DNA of 64,000 nt, taken from positions 26,350,001 through 26,414,000 of the forward strand of contig CM022670.1 in assembly GCA_012295275.1 (NCBI GenBank), written 5' to 3'. Numbering within the stretch: the first letter of the stretch is position 1; every line of letters begins with the position of its first letter. Positions 1 to 31,752 of this stretch are shown here, piece by piece. The stretch is from Chrysomallon squamiferum (Eukaryota; Animalia; Mollusca). The position numbers and the translations under genes were made by a program. The notes under the pieces are model-generated. The model saw only the letters and a program-made list of their open reading frames with translations, was not told the DNA's origin and did not search any database.

Positions 1-1460
1 CAGTAATAGTAGTAATAATAGAAGAAATAGAAATAATACCAATAATAACCAGTAATAATAATAATAGAAGAACCAGTAATAGTAGTAATAATAAAATAGA
101 AGAACCAGTAATAGTAGTAATAATAAAGAACCAGAAGAACCAGTAGTAATAATAATAATAGAAGAAGACCAGTAATAGTAGTAATAATAGAAATAGAAGA
201 ACCAGTAATAGTAGTGTAATAATAGAAATAATAGAAGAACCAGTAATAGTAATAATAATAGAAGAACCAGTAATAGTAGTAATAATAGAAGTAGAAGAAC
301 CAGTAATAGTGGTAATAATAGAAGAACCAGTAATAGTAGTAATAATAGAAGAACCAGTAATAGTAGTAATAATAGAAGAACCAGTAATAGAAGTAATAAT
401 AGAAGTAGAAGAACCAGTAATAGTGGTAATAATAGAAGAACCAGTAATAGTAGTAATAATAGAAATAGAAGAACCAGTAATAGTGGTAATAATAGAAGAA
501 CCAGTAATAGTAGTAATAATAGAAGAACCAGTAATAGTAGTAATAATAGAAATAGAAGAACCAGTAATAGTAGTAATAATAGAAGAACCAGTAATAGTAG
601 TAATAATAGAAGTAGAAGAACCAGTAATAGTGGTAATAATAGAAGAACCAGTAATAGTAGTAATAATAGAAGAACCAGTAATAGTAGTAATAATAGAAGT
701 AGAAGAACCAGTAATAGTGGTAATAATAGAAGAACCAGTAATAGTAGTAATAATAGAAATAGAAGAACCAGTAATAGTGGTAATAATAGAAGAACCAGTA
801 ATAGTAGTAATAATAGAAGAACCAGTAATAGTAGTAATAATAGAAGAACCAGTAAGAGTAGTAATAATAGAAATAGAAGAACCAGTAATAGTAGTAATAA
901 TAGAAGAACCAGTAATAGTAGTAATAATAGAAATAGAAGAAACAGTAGTAGTAGTAATAATAGAAGAACCAGTAATAGTAGTAATAATAGAAGAACCAGT
1001 AATAGTAGTAATAATAGAAATAGAAGTACCAGTAACAGTAGTAATAATAGAAATAATAGAAATAGAAGTACCAGTAATAGTAGTAATAATAAAAATAGAA
1101 GAACCAGTAATAGTAGTAATAATAGAAATAGAAGAACCAGTAACAGTAGTAATAATAGAAGAACCAGTGATAGTAGTAATAATAGAAGAACCAGTAATAG
1201 TAGTAATAATAGAAATAGAAGAACCAGTAATAGTAGTAACAATAGAAATAGAAGAACCAGTAGTAGTCGTAGTAGCAGTGGTAGTAGTAGAATAGTAATA
1301 GTAGTAAGAAAAGAAATAGAAGTATCAGTATCAGTAGTAATAGTAGTAGCAGTAGTAGTAGTAATAGTAGAAATAGTAACAGTACTAAAAGTAGAAATAG
1401 ACGTACCCGTAGCAGTAGCAGTACTAGTAGTAGTATTAGTAGTAGTTGTAGCAGTAGATC
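1..1460. repeat. Minisatellite (27/33-bp unit gtaatagtagtaataata[gaaata]gaagaacca) decaying into (AGT)n
   Basis: Tandem units read directly; the VIIEEPVIV ORF is a by-product. Confidence 0.95.
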
Positions 1461-2425
1461 ATTCTGTTGGGTGTATGAAGGATGTAATTGCTACAGATGT
1501 AATCTACGTTGTTTTAAACTCTGTACGTTTTTTCCTTATTACATTCCATTCTCACACCAAACTGATTCCCTAAATCTCTTCCATCCTGACATTCACCAGC
1601 AGAGTGAACACAAATAATAATTTATCACCTCACTGGATTCTCCATCCTTACTGGAAATACGGTGAACAAGCTTAACAGGTAAAATGGTACATTAACTCTC
1701 TCGGACATCTGGATAACATCGTTTTCATTCTTCTCTTGCAATAACCTCAGTTGGAGATTTTATTTTGTCGGCAATGCCATTCGGCAAGATAAAAATAATA
1801 TCTTATTTCTGTCGTCACGTACCAGTTTGATCATTATTAATTGTTGCATTTTTATAGTTCTTAAAACGGTTGAACTAAAATGGATCATTACTAGCCCATC
1901 TTTTGTAATACTTTATGTGAAAACCCATATAACAGTATACGTCATTTGAGTGCGTTGTTGCAATATAATCTAGTAATTAATAATGCCGTGAACCTAAAAA
2001 CGACATTATTATCTGTGATTTAGTGCACGGTTGAGATGATACAGTTTTACATTCCTGTTACTTCGGCAATAACTGATTATCATATCAGCGTTCCCCGTTT
2101 ATTGTCTGGGGTATTTACGAGAATTACATTAGAAGAAATATATTATTAACAGAAGAATTTGGTGAAAAATTAATATTTTCTTGACTTAGAAATGACAGGT
2201 ATTTGCATGTTCTCGATGATATATCCCGAGACTTCGGCAATGAACGGAGGTGTGTGATACATTTAATCTAAACAAAATGCGTGGGTAAAATGCTGTATAA
2301 ATTTACAAGAATATTTTATCGGGTTTCAGCACAGTGACAGTTTAAACAAGTTAGAACAAAAAACAAACCAACGTGTTCGTTACAAACATGCAGTGAGCCA
2401 ATAAAACAAATAACCATGATATTGG

Positions 2426-2484
<59 letters not shown>

Positions 2485-2827
2485 TAAAAGAGTAGCCCCA
2501 TGTTTGATTGGTCATTTAATTTTTAATCTTTATATTAGTTCATTCTGTACTGAATACAATATTCGCTATATTGAGTTATAATATTTTATAAATTCAATAT
2601 CAATAACAGCATTCCTTTCATTCTGTTTGTCGTATTTGAGTAAAAGTATAATTGCGTATTAATCAGTTAATATAAAAGGTTTTTCATTTAATATATATAG
2701 ATATAAATATGGATACATACGATTTCTTTTCAGATTTGTCTACGGATCTTAGAATGTTGTTTAACTCATCTGGTTGTCAAGTAATAACAAGATTATAGGA
2801 AAATAAAGTAATTATCAACATTCTTAC

Positions 2828-3025
2828 CTCAAACCTAAGATTTCCGACTGGTGCAGCAGCATACGGTATTCCAAAATATCGTTCAACTTTTTCATTTTGC
2901 AGTACGGTGTGGACGTAACCCCGAATTTTTCCATAAACTGTTTGACGAACAACGAGCTCAGAGTATACATGAGTTTTAATTATGAACACGCACACCGTCA
3001 AAATGGCACATGGATACTTAGCCAT
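2828..3025 (-). CDS. First coding exon of a type-B carboxylesterase / cholinesterase / neuroligin-like protein; later exons not found in the window
   Basis: MAKYPCAILTVCVFIIKTHVYS (signal-peptide-like), then VRQTVYGKIRG...YFGIPYAAAPVGNLRFE, the COesterase N-terminal motif (GIPYA.PP.G.LRF). Ends at a strong donor GAG|gtaaga, phase 0, 66 codons. Confidence 0.88.
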
Positions 3026-4020
3026 TCTGCAGCAAATTCTGAGATTCTTCAGCAATAAACGTCTTATCTCACAAAATGGTAGCCAATTGAGATGGAGAAA
3101 ATAAAATAAGTCTGTACCTTGTTTTCTTCTAGCCAGACCTAGTTTAAGATTGAAAATAGCCAAACAATCTTTCTACAGAGTGTATGACGTTATCGTCATC
3201 ATGTGTCTAGTTTGAATTTTGAAATAAAATGCTGTGTTTTGTGTGTTTACTTGCAGTCCGCCCCCCCCCCCGCACCCTTACACGACTGTTTGTACGTGAG
3301 GTTTGGATATAAGCCAGAACAGTTGCATAAGGTTCGTATCTAGCGTCTGTTGAACACATATTTAATTATTAACATTTGAGTAAACAAAACATTATCAACA
3401 ACAACAACAATAATAATAATTCCAGCAGCAACAACAATAAACGTAACTTTAAAATGTACGCATATGTACGTGCTTATTTCTGAGTGTGCGTGTATGAGTG
3501 TGTGTGTGTGTTGTTTAGGCCTGCATTGACAGACATAGGCATTCACAAGTATGTGTAAAATAAAACTGCAAAATGCTTCTGTAAATGGAAATGTTTTTGA
3601 ACTGAAACAAATTTTAATTTAAATAAAGTGACGGCGTCAGATGCCGCTGACGGGACAATGTCGTCGGGATTCGGTGGTTTACACCCATTCGCGCGAACTC
3701 CGAAGGCGAACGATGAAATGAATACTTAGAACAGAAATTTGTTCAGTAATCGAGGGTTACGATGCTATGTACGAAGGATGCAGTTTTTTTTTTTTCTTTC
3801 GATATCTTACCATGCATTAATTTTGTGGAAAACTTGGCTCTGGCAGGATCTGTTTACGATCGAATATTCTCTGTCCTATGTCCGTCTGATTAGACTCTGA
3901 ATATACACATTATGTAGGATCGCACTGGCACAGGAGGACAACGTCCAATCACGACCTCACCAACCCTGTCAGATGTCAGTGACGAGCCTCGAACATATAG
4001 CACCCGATCACTCGCACTGA

Positions 4021-4585
4021 TTGTGTGTGTGTATGTATGTATGTATGTATGTATGTATGTATGTATGTATGTATGTATGTATGTATGTATGTATGTATGT
4101 ATGTATGTATGTATGTATGTATGTATGTATGTATGTATGTATGTATGTATGTATGTATGTATGTATGTATGTATGTATGTATGTATGTATGTATGTATGC
4201 ATGCATGAATGTATGTATGCATGTATGTATGTATGTATGTATGTATGTATGTATGTATGTATGTATTATCAATGTTTGTGAGTATTATGTATGCATGTAT
4301 GCATGTTTGTAGGTATCCAAATGAATTTATACGTATACTGTTTGTTTGTGCATGCATATTGATTATACATATTATTAAATTTTACATTATTTTACAGTGT
4401 CATGTATGTATATATGGATGTATGTATGTATATATGAATGTATTATCAATGTATGTATGTATGTATGTATGCATGTATGCATGTTTGTATATATCCAAGT
4501 GTATTTATACATATATTATTTGTTTGTGCATGCATATGATGATTATACATATTATTAAATTTTACATTATTTTACAGTGTCATAC
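4021..4585. repeat. (TATG)n microsatellite followed by an ~177-bp tandem duplication (about 4264-4403 and 4441-4583)
   Basis: Direct reading; both copies run tattatcaatgt...ttttacagtgtcat. Confidence 0.85.
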
Positions 4586-7500
4586 CTAAGTAATCCCATG
4601 CTATCTCTCTTCCAAGTGATCTAAATAATATTTTGAATACAATTAATTAATTAATAATGAGGATGAGATTAATCAATTAATAAGAATGATAATATTTTTA
4701 GTAGCAGCAGTAGCAATGATATTTGTATTAACTTTGTCATCTTAGAATCTGGTAAAGGGAGACGACTCGTGTAAGCTCTGCTAATAACACATAGCCATTT
4801 AATGAAACAATATTGTAATTAATAAATAAATAAATAAATTTTAAAAATATATATAATAAATAAATAAATAATGATAATGATGATCATAATGTGAAACATT
4901 CAGCAATAAAAGGAATTTATTTCTATCACTGTTTACAAGATCTAATTTATGAGATTTTTAATCTCGACGTGGTGTCAGGCTAGAAGAAAACAAGATACGT
5001 AAACGATTTATAGAAAACTTCTGCTAAAGTTGAACGCTTCTAGGTAGCACGTACGGAAGAGCCAGAAATCTTAGGTTTTGAAATAAAAAATATTTGAATT
5101 TTATTTAATAAGTTTGTCGTAAATGTAGGATACTTTGAAATCGTTTCGGTCTACAAAGCTGAGTTTCAACACATTTCATAATAATCTCAGTTACCAAAAT
5201 ATGACTTTCAAACCATTCTATTTATTTATTATTAATCGAGAAACACTGAACTTTGTGTTTTTTAAAATTATATAAACACACAATAGCTACAACTGACCTC
5301 TGTTCTGAAACAGATATAATTCTCGAAAAATTACTGACAACAATTATAACAATTTTCTGACTACATCATCATTCCGGGGGCGATGTACAGTTAGCTAACC
5401 TTTGAAATAAAAACAACGAGGCCAAAATAGGAAGAGAAGTTTTTAATTTCATACTTTTCACGTCCATTTGATATATTTTTATGTAAATATAAATATAATT
5501 GGTTTAAATAGATCACGAACCAAATTTCTTCTGCTCCACAGCGTCTGACATTGTTCACAGTTCTCTGGTCCGTGTAACACGTTTTCAATTAAATATAACT
5601 GGAATAATTGGAAATTATACATGCACATAATTAAAGTTTTATATATTATATAACCTTCACTGCTTTTAGATTAATTGCTCTCACGATTTTATTTTGCTTA
5701 ATTAGGTGAAATAAAACAACAATATAATACTATATTTAAAAGGTTTTGTGATTCTTCTGTTTTTATTTTAAATATATTTTTCTGTGTATATATCTATGTA
5801 TGTATGTGTATATGTATGTATGTATGGATGTATGTATGTATGTATGTATGTATGTATGTATGTATGTATGTATGTATGTATGTATGTATGTATTATGTAT
5901 ATGTGAAAGTATGTGTGTATGTATGTATGTATGTATGTATGTAGATGAACGCATTCCGGATATATTGTTATTATGCTAAAGAATTTTATTTAAATAACAG
6001 ATCTAGAACTAGTTACACAGACACTTTACGATATACGCAGATCATATATACACACTGTTTAATATCCGGGTGTTTATGAAAAATTTGCTAATCGACACAG
6101 AAAGAGCCTAGAATGCAGAGACCGAGTATAAAGTGTGCGAAAAGCCTTTGTCTCAGCTGAAACAGCCAATTACTGGCAATGTTCAGCCAATACCACATCA
6201 GCTTATTGCGTGCGAGTAACTATGAAGTAACTATGAAGTAACTATGAAGTCAAGTTAAAATCCAGTGTGACTATTATTCTTGTACTGGGGCTTAATAGCT
6301 TAAAATATTTTTTTTTTTTTTTTTTTTTTTGCACTATTGATAATATGTTCAATTATGTTTTGCTTAATTTTCAAATTAAGCAATTAATACTGTTATTGGC
6401 ATTCTCATATGTTAATACTGCATACAGCGTGCTCTAATCTCTTTTGAGTTACTAAAGATTTCGGAGAATAATTGACCTATCTAAGACGGATTATACGACT
6501 GACGTGTCAAAATAAAATAAGTCATATTGTTAAATTTACTTATACACGTAAAACTCTTCGTTTGATTTAGTACAACAACTGGGTAATCTAGAGGTTTATA
6601 TTGGATTGACCGTCAACACTAATAAAATGTAGCCAAGCTAAAGAATTAGATTTTAGATGTACTTATCTAACATATTTCATGAGAAAGATACTCAACGTTA
6701 AACATTTCTTTATCGTAATTTCAGATAAGTTTCTTCAAGAATACTCTCCATTGTCAGATCATAAAATGTAACAGCCAGTATCATTGGTTTGTACAATGTA
6801 AGTGTTTTATTTAACATACTGGGCATATGTTACAGGGCAAAGTGAATGTTGAAACAAAACTGGGGTATAACCTATAAATACAGTTTGTTTTATATCTGAA
6901 ATATGTGACAGTTTGCAGAATGATATTCTTACCTTAAGAACGATATCTTAGGTTTTAACTTCGACTACAAAATCAACTTCGTCTTTCATTAAGTACTAAT
7001 TAGGATCAATATTTAACATGTGTTACCACATGAAAGTTACAATGCAACACACTTTCTTTTTTAATCGACCTAGATAAAAAGACAAGTATAAAGAAAATAA
7101 CCCTGAAGGTAAAGACTACTAAACAAGTGCTGGTGATAAATAACGTACATATTTTATTGCTGTATTAAAAAAAAAAAAAAAAAACACCAACCAATTATTA
7201 ATGAATATATTTGATTATTTTATTTATTATACATTCTGTCACATTCAGTAATCATTGAACCGGCTGTAGACTTTGCTACTTGGAAGACAGCACGAAACAA
7301 AGAACTTTATTTCTACAGTTTTGAATATCATTCAAATTTGTCCCGCGGCCATTTTCGTTAGGTGAAAAATAAAATTAACTTTACATCATAAATCAGATTC
7401 ATGTACAAAAATATATCTTAAAAACTCTCGTTTCTTCAGCTAGCTTAGATTTTCAGATATTTATTACTGAGATAAAAGAAATGAAAGATTAAATATGAAA

Positions 7501-10500
7501 ACTGAAATCTGAAATTATTTGCAGACAGAAAGTTTTGTTCTACTTTAAAGAGATACAAGAGAAGAGATTTAATTTATAATAAACGAACAACTAAATGTTT
7601 TTAAACATTAATTAAAAGATTGGTAATCTATCATCACTTTAAAATATTTCCTTCGGAGTATTTATGAATAAAGCATATATACACTTACTTGTTGAAAAAC
7701 TCAGAATGTTTTGTTTTTGTATATTAGATTTCTGTTTGATAGTTAAAATTGTTAACAATCTAATTTAACTGAGGTACTTGCTAATAAAAACCGTGTAAAG
7801 AAAATTTTAAAAAATGTTTTATTTAACGATGCATTCAGTGAGTTTTATTTAAATCTACGGAAATCAAATATCAAATCATTGCTAATCATTCCCAATACGA
7901 ACTGACTACGTGAAATTATCTGGGTACAAAGGAACCGTTGTTGTAGGTTCCAGACTAAAAGACAAACAGTACATTTTTGGAACGACTTGATACCTAGTAA
8001 CAATTCGACTTGTTAATTCAACAGAGGCTGCTATATCCAGCACTGCAGACAGTATTCAAATATGTAGAATTATTATCTTTACAGCTGATGATTTTTAATA
8101 TTATTAATAACAGAGTGCTCGGTTGTCATTTGTAACATTTAGAGGGGATAGCGGAGTGTTTTAGTTATATACAGTATTTTGATATGTGGAAATATTTTCT
8201 TAATGTTTTAAAATACAGTGGATGATAATAAGCTGTTCTGAGCGGTGTCTCTTAAGAAAATCATCCAGATACTGAATGCTGATTTCAGTTTGTGAATTAA
8301 GAATTCTGGACTTGTTTATTTCAAGTGCTGTGTTTTAGCTCAGTTGATAGAGACGATCAAGTCAATGGCATAAATAATTTAGTCCGGCCAATCCTCCTCA
8401 GTGAACTATTGAAAGAATTATCTGTATAGCTTGTGTTGATAAGCAAAAGAAAAAAAAGCAGCTTTTTTCTGGGGAGATGTCAATATTATTTATCACTGAC
8501 CACGACCTCATAAAAGAGAAAGAGCATGTTGTTATCAGAATTAAGAAATATACTGAATTGTCATTAAACAAATATTTATTCATAACTTATTCATAATATT
8601 ACTGGTTGATCTGGTTCTCATATTTCTAATTATTTTTATACTTTAATGAGTATCACAGGATATTCAGCATTTCTTTCCCAAATACGTGTTTCTACATACG
8701 TCATAAACATGGTGAACTAAAAGTCCGTGCTGCACTGATCTAACCTACTTTTTATTCTTTAATGAAAATACCTTAATAATCTTTCAGGTGTATTCCTAAG
8801 TCATACATATAATTATGAGGTTTCTTGATCGACAATTTGCTCCGGAATCAGAAGATCAGCTTTATATTAACTGCTACCCCTAACACAAGACACAAAAACG
8901 AAATTTTCTTCGTAGTAAAATATACAGTGAAGCTGATATAATTATGTGTACGGACTGTTCACAAATGACCGAGAAAAGGCAATAAAATTAAATAATTTAA
9001 TTTAAAATAGTAGAAAATCTTTGGACATATTTCAAGAAGAATGGATAAAAACAATACCTGTCTTCGTTCAATATTTATTTATTTATATGAATTAGTGAAT
9101 ACATTACATTTTATTATAAGGAACTAAATATTATTCGTATTATGTCATTTACATAACAGAGTATGTGCCTGTATGTTGTGCCAGAATATTACCAACCCAT
9201 ATTCTGCATGTTAATATTACAATATCAATCCCATTATGAATACATAAAACAAAATTATTTTCAGACAAAGGTAAATATTCATGATACTTTCATGTATGCA
9301 GTACTCAAATGAACGTTAAAATATATTACAGTCATCATAATAAAAAGGTTATGAGTTTTATTTATGTTACACATCTGTCTCATTAATTTCAATTTTATTT
9401 TATCTGAAATTGTTGCTATATGCTGTAGTTAGTGAAACGTTGTGCGTTTACGTAAAATTACCACGAATCTACTTACTTTTACACTGGATGTAGTTTTATT
9501 TTATCGTGTGTCAGTTTTATTCTAACATAAGTTAATAATTTTGTTTCATGTCATAGTGTTCAGGGTTACAGGGATAGCGGCCCTGTGTTTGTACCACCGA
9601 TTTTTCTTTTTCATCGAATTGTCCGTGCAGCGGTTTCTACCAATCGCTAACATTTAAGCGAGTGGTGACAAGTAATATAAATTAAAAAAAAACCTATTTT
9701 TCTCCAACTATTTGCATCCGCACATAAAGGTATGATTAATATTTATATACAACTAATAATATAAGGCAGAATTTTTCTTACAGAAAAAAAAAAAAATAAT
9801 AATAAAAAGGATTAAAATTCAGAAAATATACTTTATAAAATAAAGATATGTTTAATATAGACTTAATATCAAATTCATATTTTTTTATTTCTAAAAGCAG
9901 GCAATTGTTTATTTTATTAAAGAACGCTATCATGTCAGTCGCATAGTTAACCTAAATACTTTATTTGTTGTAGGAAGTGAATAGATTACAGATGTGAATA
10001 GGTGACGACCATTGGCCATTTTACCCACAGCAATAATGTGTAACGTAGTTGTTGTATCTGTAATTACTTCAGGGTCTCAAGTACTTCACCCACGTGCTTT
10101 GCGTGCTGCTGTTATCTTTCGGGAAGACCTGGCCAGCGCTTTTAAATATTTATGTACGTCATATCATATTTGTTTACTTATTTATTTTTAATTTTATTTT
10201 CAATTTTTTTAATTAAATTTTATTTTATTTCATTCTCTTGTTGTTGTTTTTTTCTGCCTAACCATAACTATAAATTAATTATTTTATATTTTAAATGGTC
10301 TTATTTGTTTTATCTTTAGAGTCAGATTTATTTTTGGTGTGGTTAGTATTCTTCAGTGTGATCAGTCTTGGTGTTCTCGTTCCTCGGTTAAATGGTTACG
10401 CGGTTATGTGAACAGCTTTAGAGAGAATTCGGAATATTTAGAACACACTTTTAAAATGACAGACTGTTTATATTGTCAAATAGTAGTTTTTATCATATTG

Positions 10501-12031
10501 CTTGTTGTCGCATCATTAAACAAATTGTGTACTTGTATAAAATCTTGCAGATTCAGGAATGAAACTCGCCTAAAGATGATTTAATTTAAAATGAGAGAAA
10601 ACTTCATGCATTTAAAAAAAAAAAAAAAAAAAAAACGCTTTAGATTTTTACTAAATCCGTACATTATAAAATAATGTATCATCATCATTCTCATCATTAT
10701 CATTACTGTTATTATAGTTATTAACACCGTCACCATTATTACTAAGCATTATCTAGCAGGTTTCAGGAAGCAAAGGTACTATACGTGATTTATAATACTT
10801 CAGTTTTAAAACCCAGAAATATTTATAAATTATTTTATTGGGACTTAGGGGTCATAAACATCATTTTTATGTGCTGTTAAACTTTCTTTCTCTGGCCCAT
10901 TTCATGAAAGATAACAGCTCAGTGGTAGATAACTCGCCTGGGACTGGATGGCTGCGGAAACATTGTTTAATTTGGGCAGTTTCGTATTAATGGTTCATTG
11001 AAGGGTGTGATGAGTATTAGTTACTCATGGATAGCTGAATATACATTTTTAATTATTATATTAAATTGCTCTTGATGTTTATTATTTTTATATTTATGAT
11101 CTTTTTTTTTTTAAAATTACTTTTTTTTTGATTCTGATAAAAATAGCTTTTTAATCTGTTCTCTTAACTATCTTTATATAGAAAACTGTAGCACCAATAA
11201 CGTTTATATTAATATTAAAATCGAGCGTTCATTGAAAATGTTTAAAGGCATCTGAATGTGTATGTTGAATATGTGTAAGCATTTTTATATTAATGGTAAT
11301 TATGTTAAAAATGGCAGCGAGCCACTTTTTTTTTTTTTTTATTAATCATTACTGTGAAAATAAGAACAACAAAATCCAAACGTAATAACAACAAAAACCA
11401 AACGTAATAACAAAACCAAAACAGGTGTGTCATGGTCTGGTTATTTGTTCATTCTGTTATGAAAACAAAAACCATCTGTTGCTGAATTTGATCATTTTAA
11501 TCTCTTCTGTTTTTAATTAATGTAATTGTATCACTTGGCTGCTTAAATTATTCGATATATGTTCTCGATATATCAGGGTACGTATCTTTTGTGAAATAAG
11601 TGACTAAACTTTTTACTCCTGTGACATCTGCGAATGTTGTCAAATATACAAAGTGTAACAAACGAAGCATATAGGAATGAATATATATGCAGATACAGAG
11701 AAGAATACAAAATTAGATTTGTGAAATTTAACTCCTGTACAAACGACACAATGTAGCAGTAAAACCATTATTCAGAACTTGACCTGTTTTGTTTTTTCTG
11801 ACAAACCGGTTCGGTATCAGGTTGAGCACTACAAAGGAAGTCGGTGAAAGTAAACTGACAGGTAACTTCGACAGCCTAGAAGGGAAGGTCATGTGACCAG
11901 ACAGGTAAAGGTAATGTTAGCAGACGTTTCGCACTATACGCAGAGCACAGATGTCATTCGCTTATGGTGTTTTCATTTGAAACGGTTTACACAAGGGACA
12001 GACGGTGACGTCGTTGCTGTGCTGGACGGCA

Positions 12032-28889
<16,858 letters not shown>

Positions 28890-31443
28890 CATCTACCTGC
28901 AAACTAGTAGCTTGTGCTTTGACTGCGGCGAGTGTCCACTCATGAAAGTATGGAAACCGAAAGTCGGTTATATTTACAATAATACGCAAATACCATCATC
29001 AAGTTTGTCTAAATTTCACATTCCCATTCATACTTCTTACTTCAGATTATAATAACTGAAATTTTCATTCCATGAAGATATTTACAAATTCCGAGCAACT
29101 TAATGTTAGATTCTTCATCATACGAAACGTTTAAAGCTTGTCCAGTGTTTTCGTATTATTTATTTTATTTATTTATTTATTTATTTTTTTTTAATTTCGA
29201 AAGTGAGAAATAAGTTAAACACGTCAGATGATTTTTGTCCGCCCCTGACGTTCTTACATGATTTTCAAAGACAAAAGGATCCAAGCGTCGTGACCCTGTA
29301 ATATAATCGACTGTTCGAAGCTGATATTATGCAATGCATGCAGTACTGAAATTATAAATAATGTGTGTCTGGTTGAAGTATTAATGGTACAGGTGTATTC
29401 TTACTTTGCTTATATCACACAGTGCCTACTGAAGAATCTTCTAACTTCAGTATTTAAATATAAGGTAACTGTGATACGTAATTTTGTTCGTGATATTAAT
29501 TTTAGTTCTTTTTGTTATTATTAATTTTATTTTATTATTTGTGTGTGTGTGTGTGTGTGTGTTTTGTGTGTTTATTTCTGTTGTAATCTTGTGAAGTATA
29601 TTTTCAAAAGAGAATGTTTTTATTTTATTTTCCGAGCGTTATTTATAAAACAACTTGTTTGTGTTTTCAATAAAACGAATATTTGTGAACATTCTACACC
29701 ACAAAACTACAATCTGACTTATAATATAACGTGTTACAGACTTAATTTTTCATGTCTTTTTCCGTTTTACAACATTCCAATACATCTTTAAAAGAATCAA
29801 ATGAAAAAAAATTCAAATTTTGATATTCAATCTTAACTTTTGACATTATAAGACAGAAAAATTCTTCAAGGATTTTGTAGTGGCAAACGACATCATCATG
29901 TTGTCACTTTTGCTTATGCTGAGGAAACGGGACATCCGTGGACATAATATGATGTTTTAAAGTAGGTTCTGCAAGATTAGAAACTTTGTGAGAACTGCCC
30001 ATCGATATGAAATTGTTATTGCAGGCCGAGCAAATGTTTCTTAAATTATTTGGAAAATCGGGCACATGAAAAATATTTAACAGAATTTGTGACGTATTTC
30101 AAGGATTCAGACACAAACTGGGAAGGACTTCAAACAGTTATTAAAGCCTTCCAAGAGGTTATTTATTCTGGGTTCAGTGATGTAATGCTTATTCCACATC
30201 CTCAATCTAAACGATGTAAAATCTGCTATAATGCATTTATAAACAATACCCCTTTTTAACAAACTGTAATAATAATATATTAAATCAGTATCTACACACC
30301 TTATTGTTTATGTAATGGGGAACAGTCATACTGTAGGTGTCAGTTATTTAATTAATGTTTCGACGGGCTTTTTGTTTGTTTGTTTGTTTTGGTTTGGTTT
30401 GGTTTGGTTTGGTTTGGGTTTTTTGTTTTCATCGCAGAGAACAGTATTATCTGCAAATCAGTATTTATAAAAAGTAGGATATTTAAACGTTCCGCTATGA
30501 ACCAATAAATATATAGAATTTTTTTTTACATATGTACACAATATTTTCTTTTGATAATTTATATATTGTGACCAGCAATGAAATGTAAACAGTACATTGT
30601 CGTATAGTATACATTTACACATTTCAGATTCTAAATACGTTAAAAGCTGTTCTGAAAACTAAGACTGATTTTTGTGTTTCTGAGGAGACGTTAAGAGATT
30701 TTATTCCAGTATTAGTATTTAATATTACTGACTAATGTGAAGTTACAAAACTAATCTTTTTGAATTATTATTTGTTTTTTAAAAAAAAAGTGACAAAAAG
30801 CTCTATATGTTGCTCCTTTTGTAACCAAATTAAGTATTTAAAACAAAAACGACGAACACCACAAAATAACTTTATTTATATACATGATTGTGTTCGTTAA
30901 GAATGAGAATGTTTGTCAAAATTCACTCATGTGATATAAAACCAATTTGTTTTGCTCTCTTTTAAAATGACATTTTACAGTGAAAATAATAAAGACAGAT
31001 GCATCTCTGTGAACACAGGACGAACAGGTGATTTCGTAAATTAATGAACTGAAATGCACTTGGGCCAAGAGAGTTAAGACCTGATTCGACACGAAAATAA
31101 TGTATCAACGTGAATTTTTCTAATGATTATCGTTTGAAATGAAAGCCAAAATTATTTTCGAAGAGCAGCACATTTCCATACTCAGGAAAGGTCATATCAC
31201 AACGAATGATTTAAAAACTATACATCAGACGATTGAAGTCAAAATGGACTTAATGGGAACTGTCGAGGAACATAAGAAATCTGGAAATGGTTTTTGATGT
31301 TTCCGTGCCTGCTAGACAATTTATGCCTGTTGTAATAAGTCTAATGAAGAAGGATTAAATTTTGTTGATGATAATACTAAGATCAGCACTTTACACATCA
31401 TTTCATCTGACGAAGCGATATTTTTGGTTTCAGGATACTAACA

Positions 31444-31752
31444 TTAAGATTTAATATTGATCATATAAAGTTCATGGCAAAACAGTTGACCTCCGAGAAA
31501 TGAACTATTATAGAAACAAAAGGGATTGCCATGGGATTTGAAAATTCTGAATCCTAAATTGTACAAGTCCTTAAGCAAGAGCAATCCATTATAGTAGCGC
31601 CACGGTTCTGGATCTCTAACAGGCTTTGGCAGAAAAAAGTGAATCTCAAAACAAAACTGTTTAACATTGTCCAACGCGCCGCTAAGAACCATTTCTGGAA
31701 AAGCGTCCCATTCTGACCCTTCTATGTCGACTTTCAGCAAGTCGATGGTTTT
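31444..31752 (-). CDS. Paralog B exon 6 (terminal)
   Basis: tctag|AAA ACC ATC GAC TTG CTG AAA GTC GAC...INIKS*. Confidence 0.9.
   Translation of the reverse strand, partial: KTIDLLKVDIEGSEWDAFPEMVLSGALDNVKQFCFEIHFFLPKPVRDPEPWRYYNGLLLLKDLYNLGFRIFKSHGNPFCFYNSSFLGGQLFCHELYMINIKS

Noticed and set aside
309-1295. 328-aa VIIEEP-repeat ORF
   Set aside because: Translation of a 27/33-bp minisatellite, with no ATG start and no splice context.
3890-4589. HTYI/MYVC ORFs and similar ER/SL/YY/II ORFs elsewhere
   Set aside because: Microsatellite translations.
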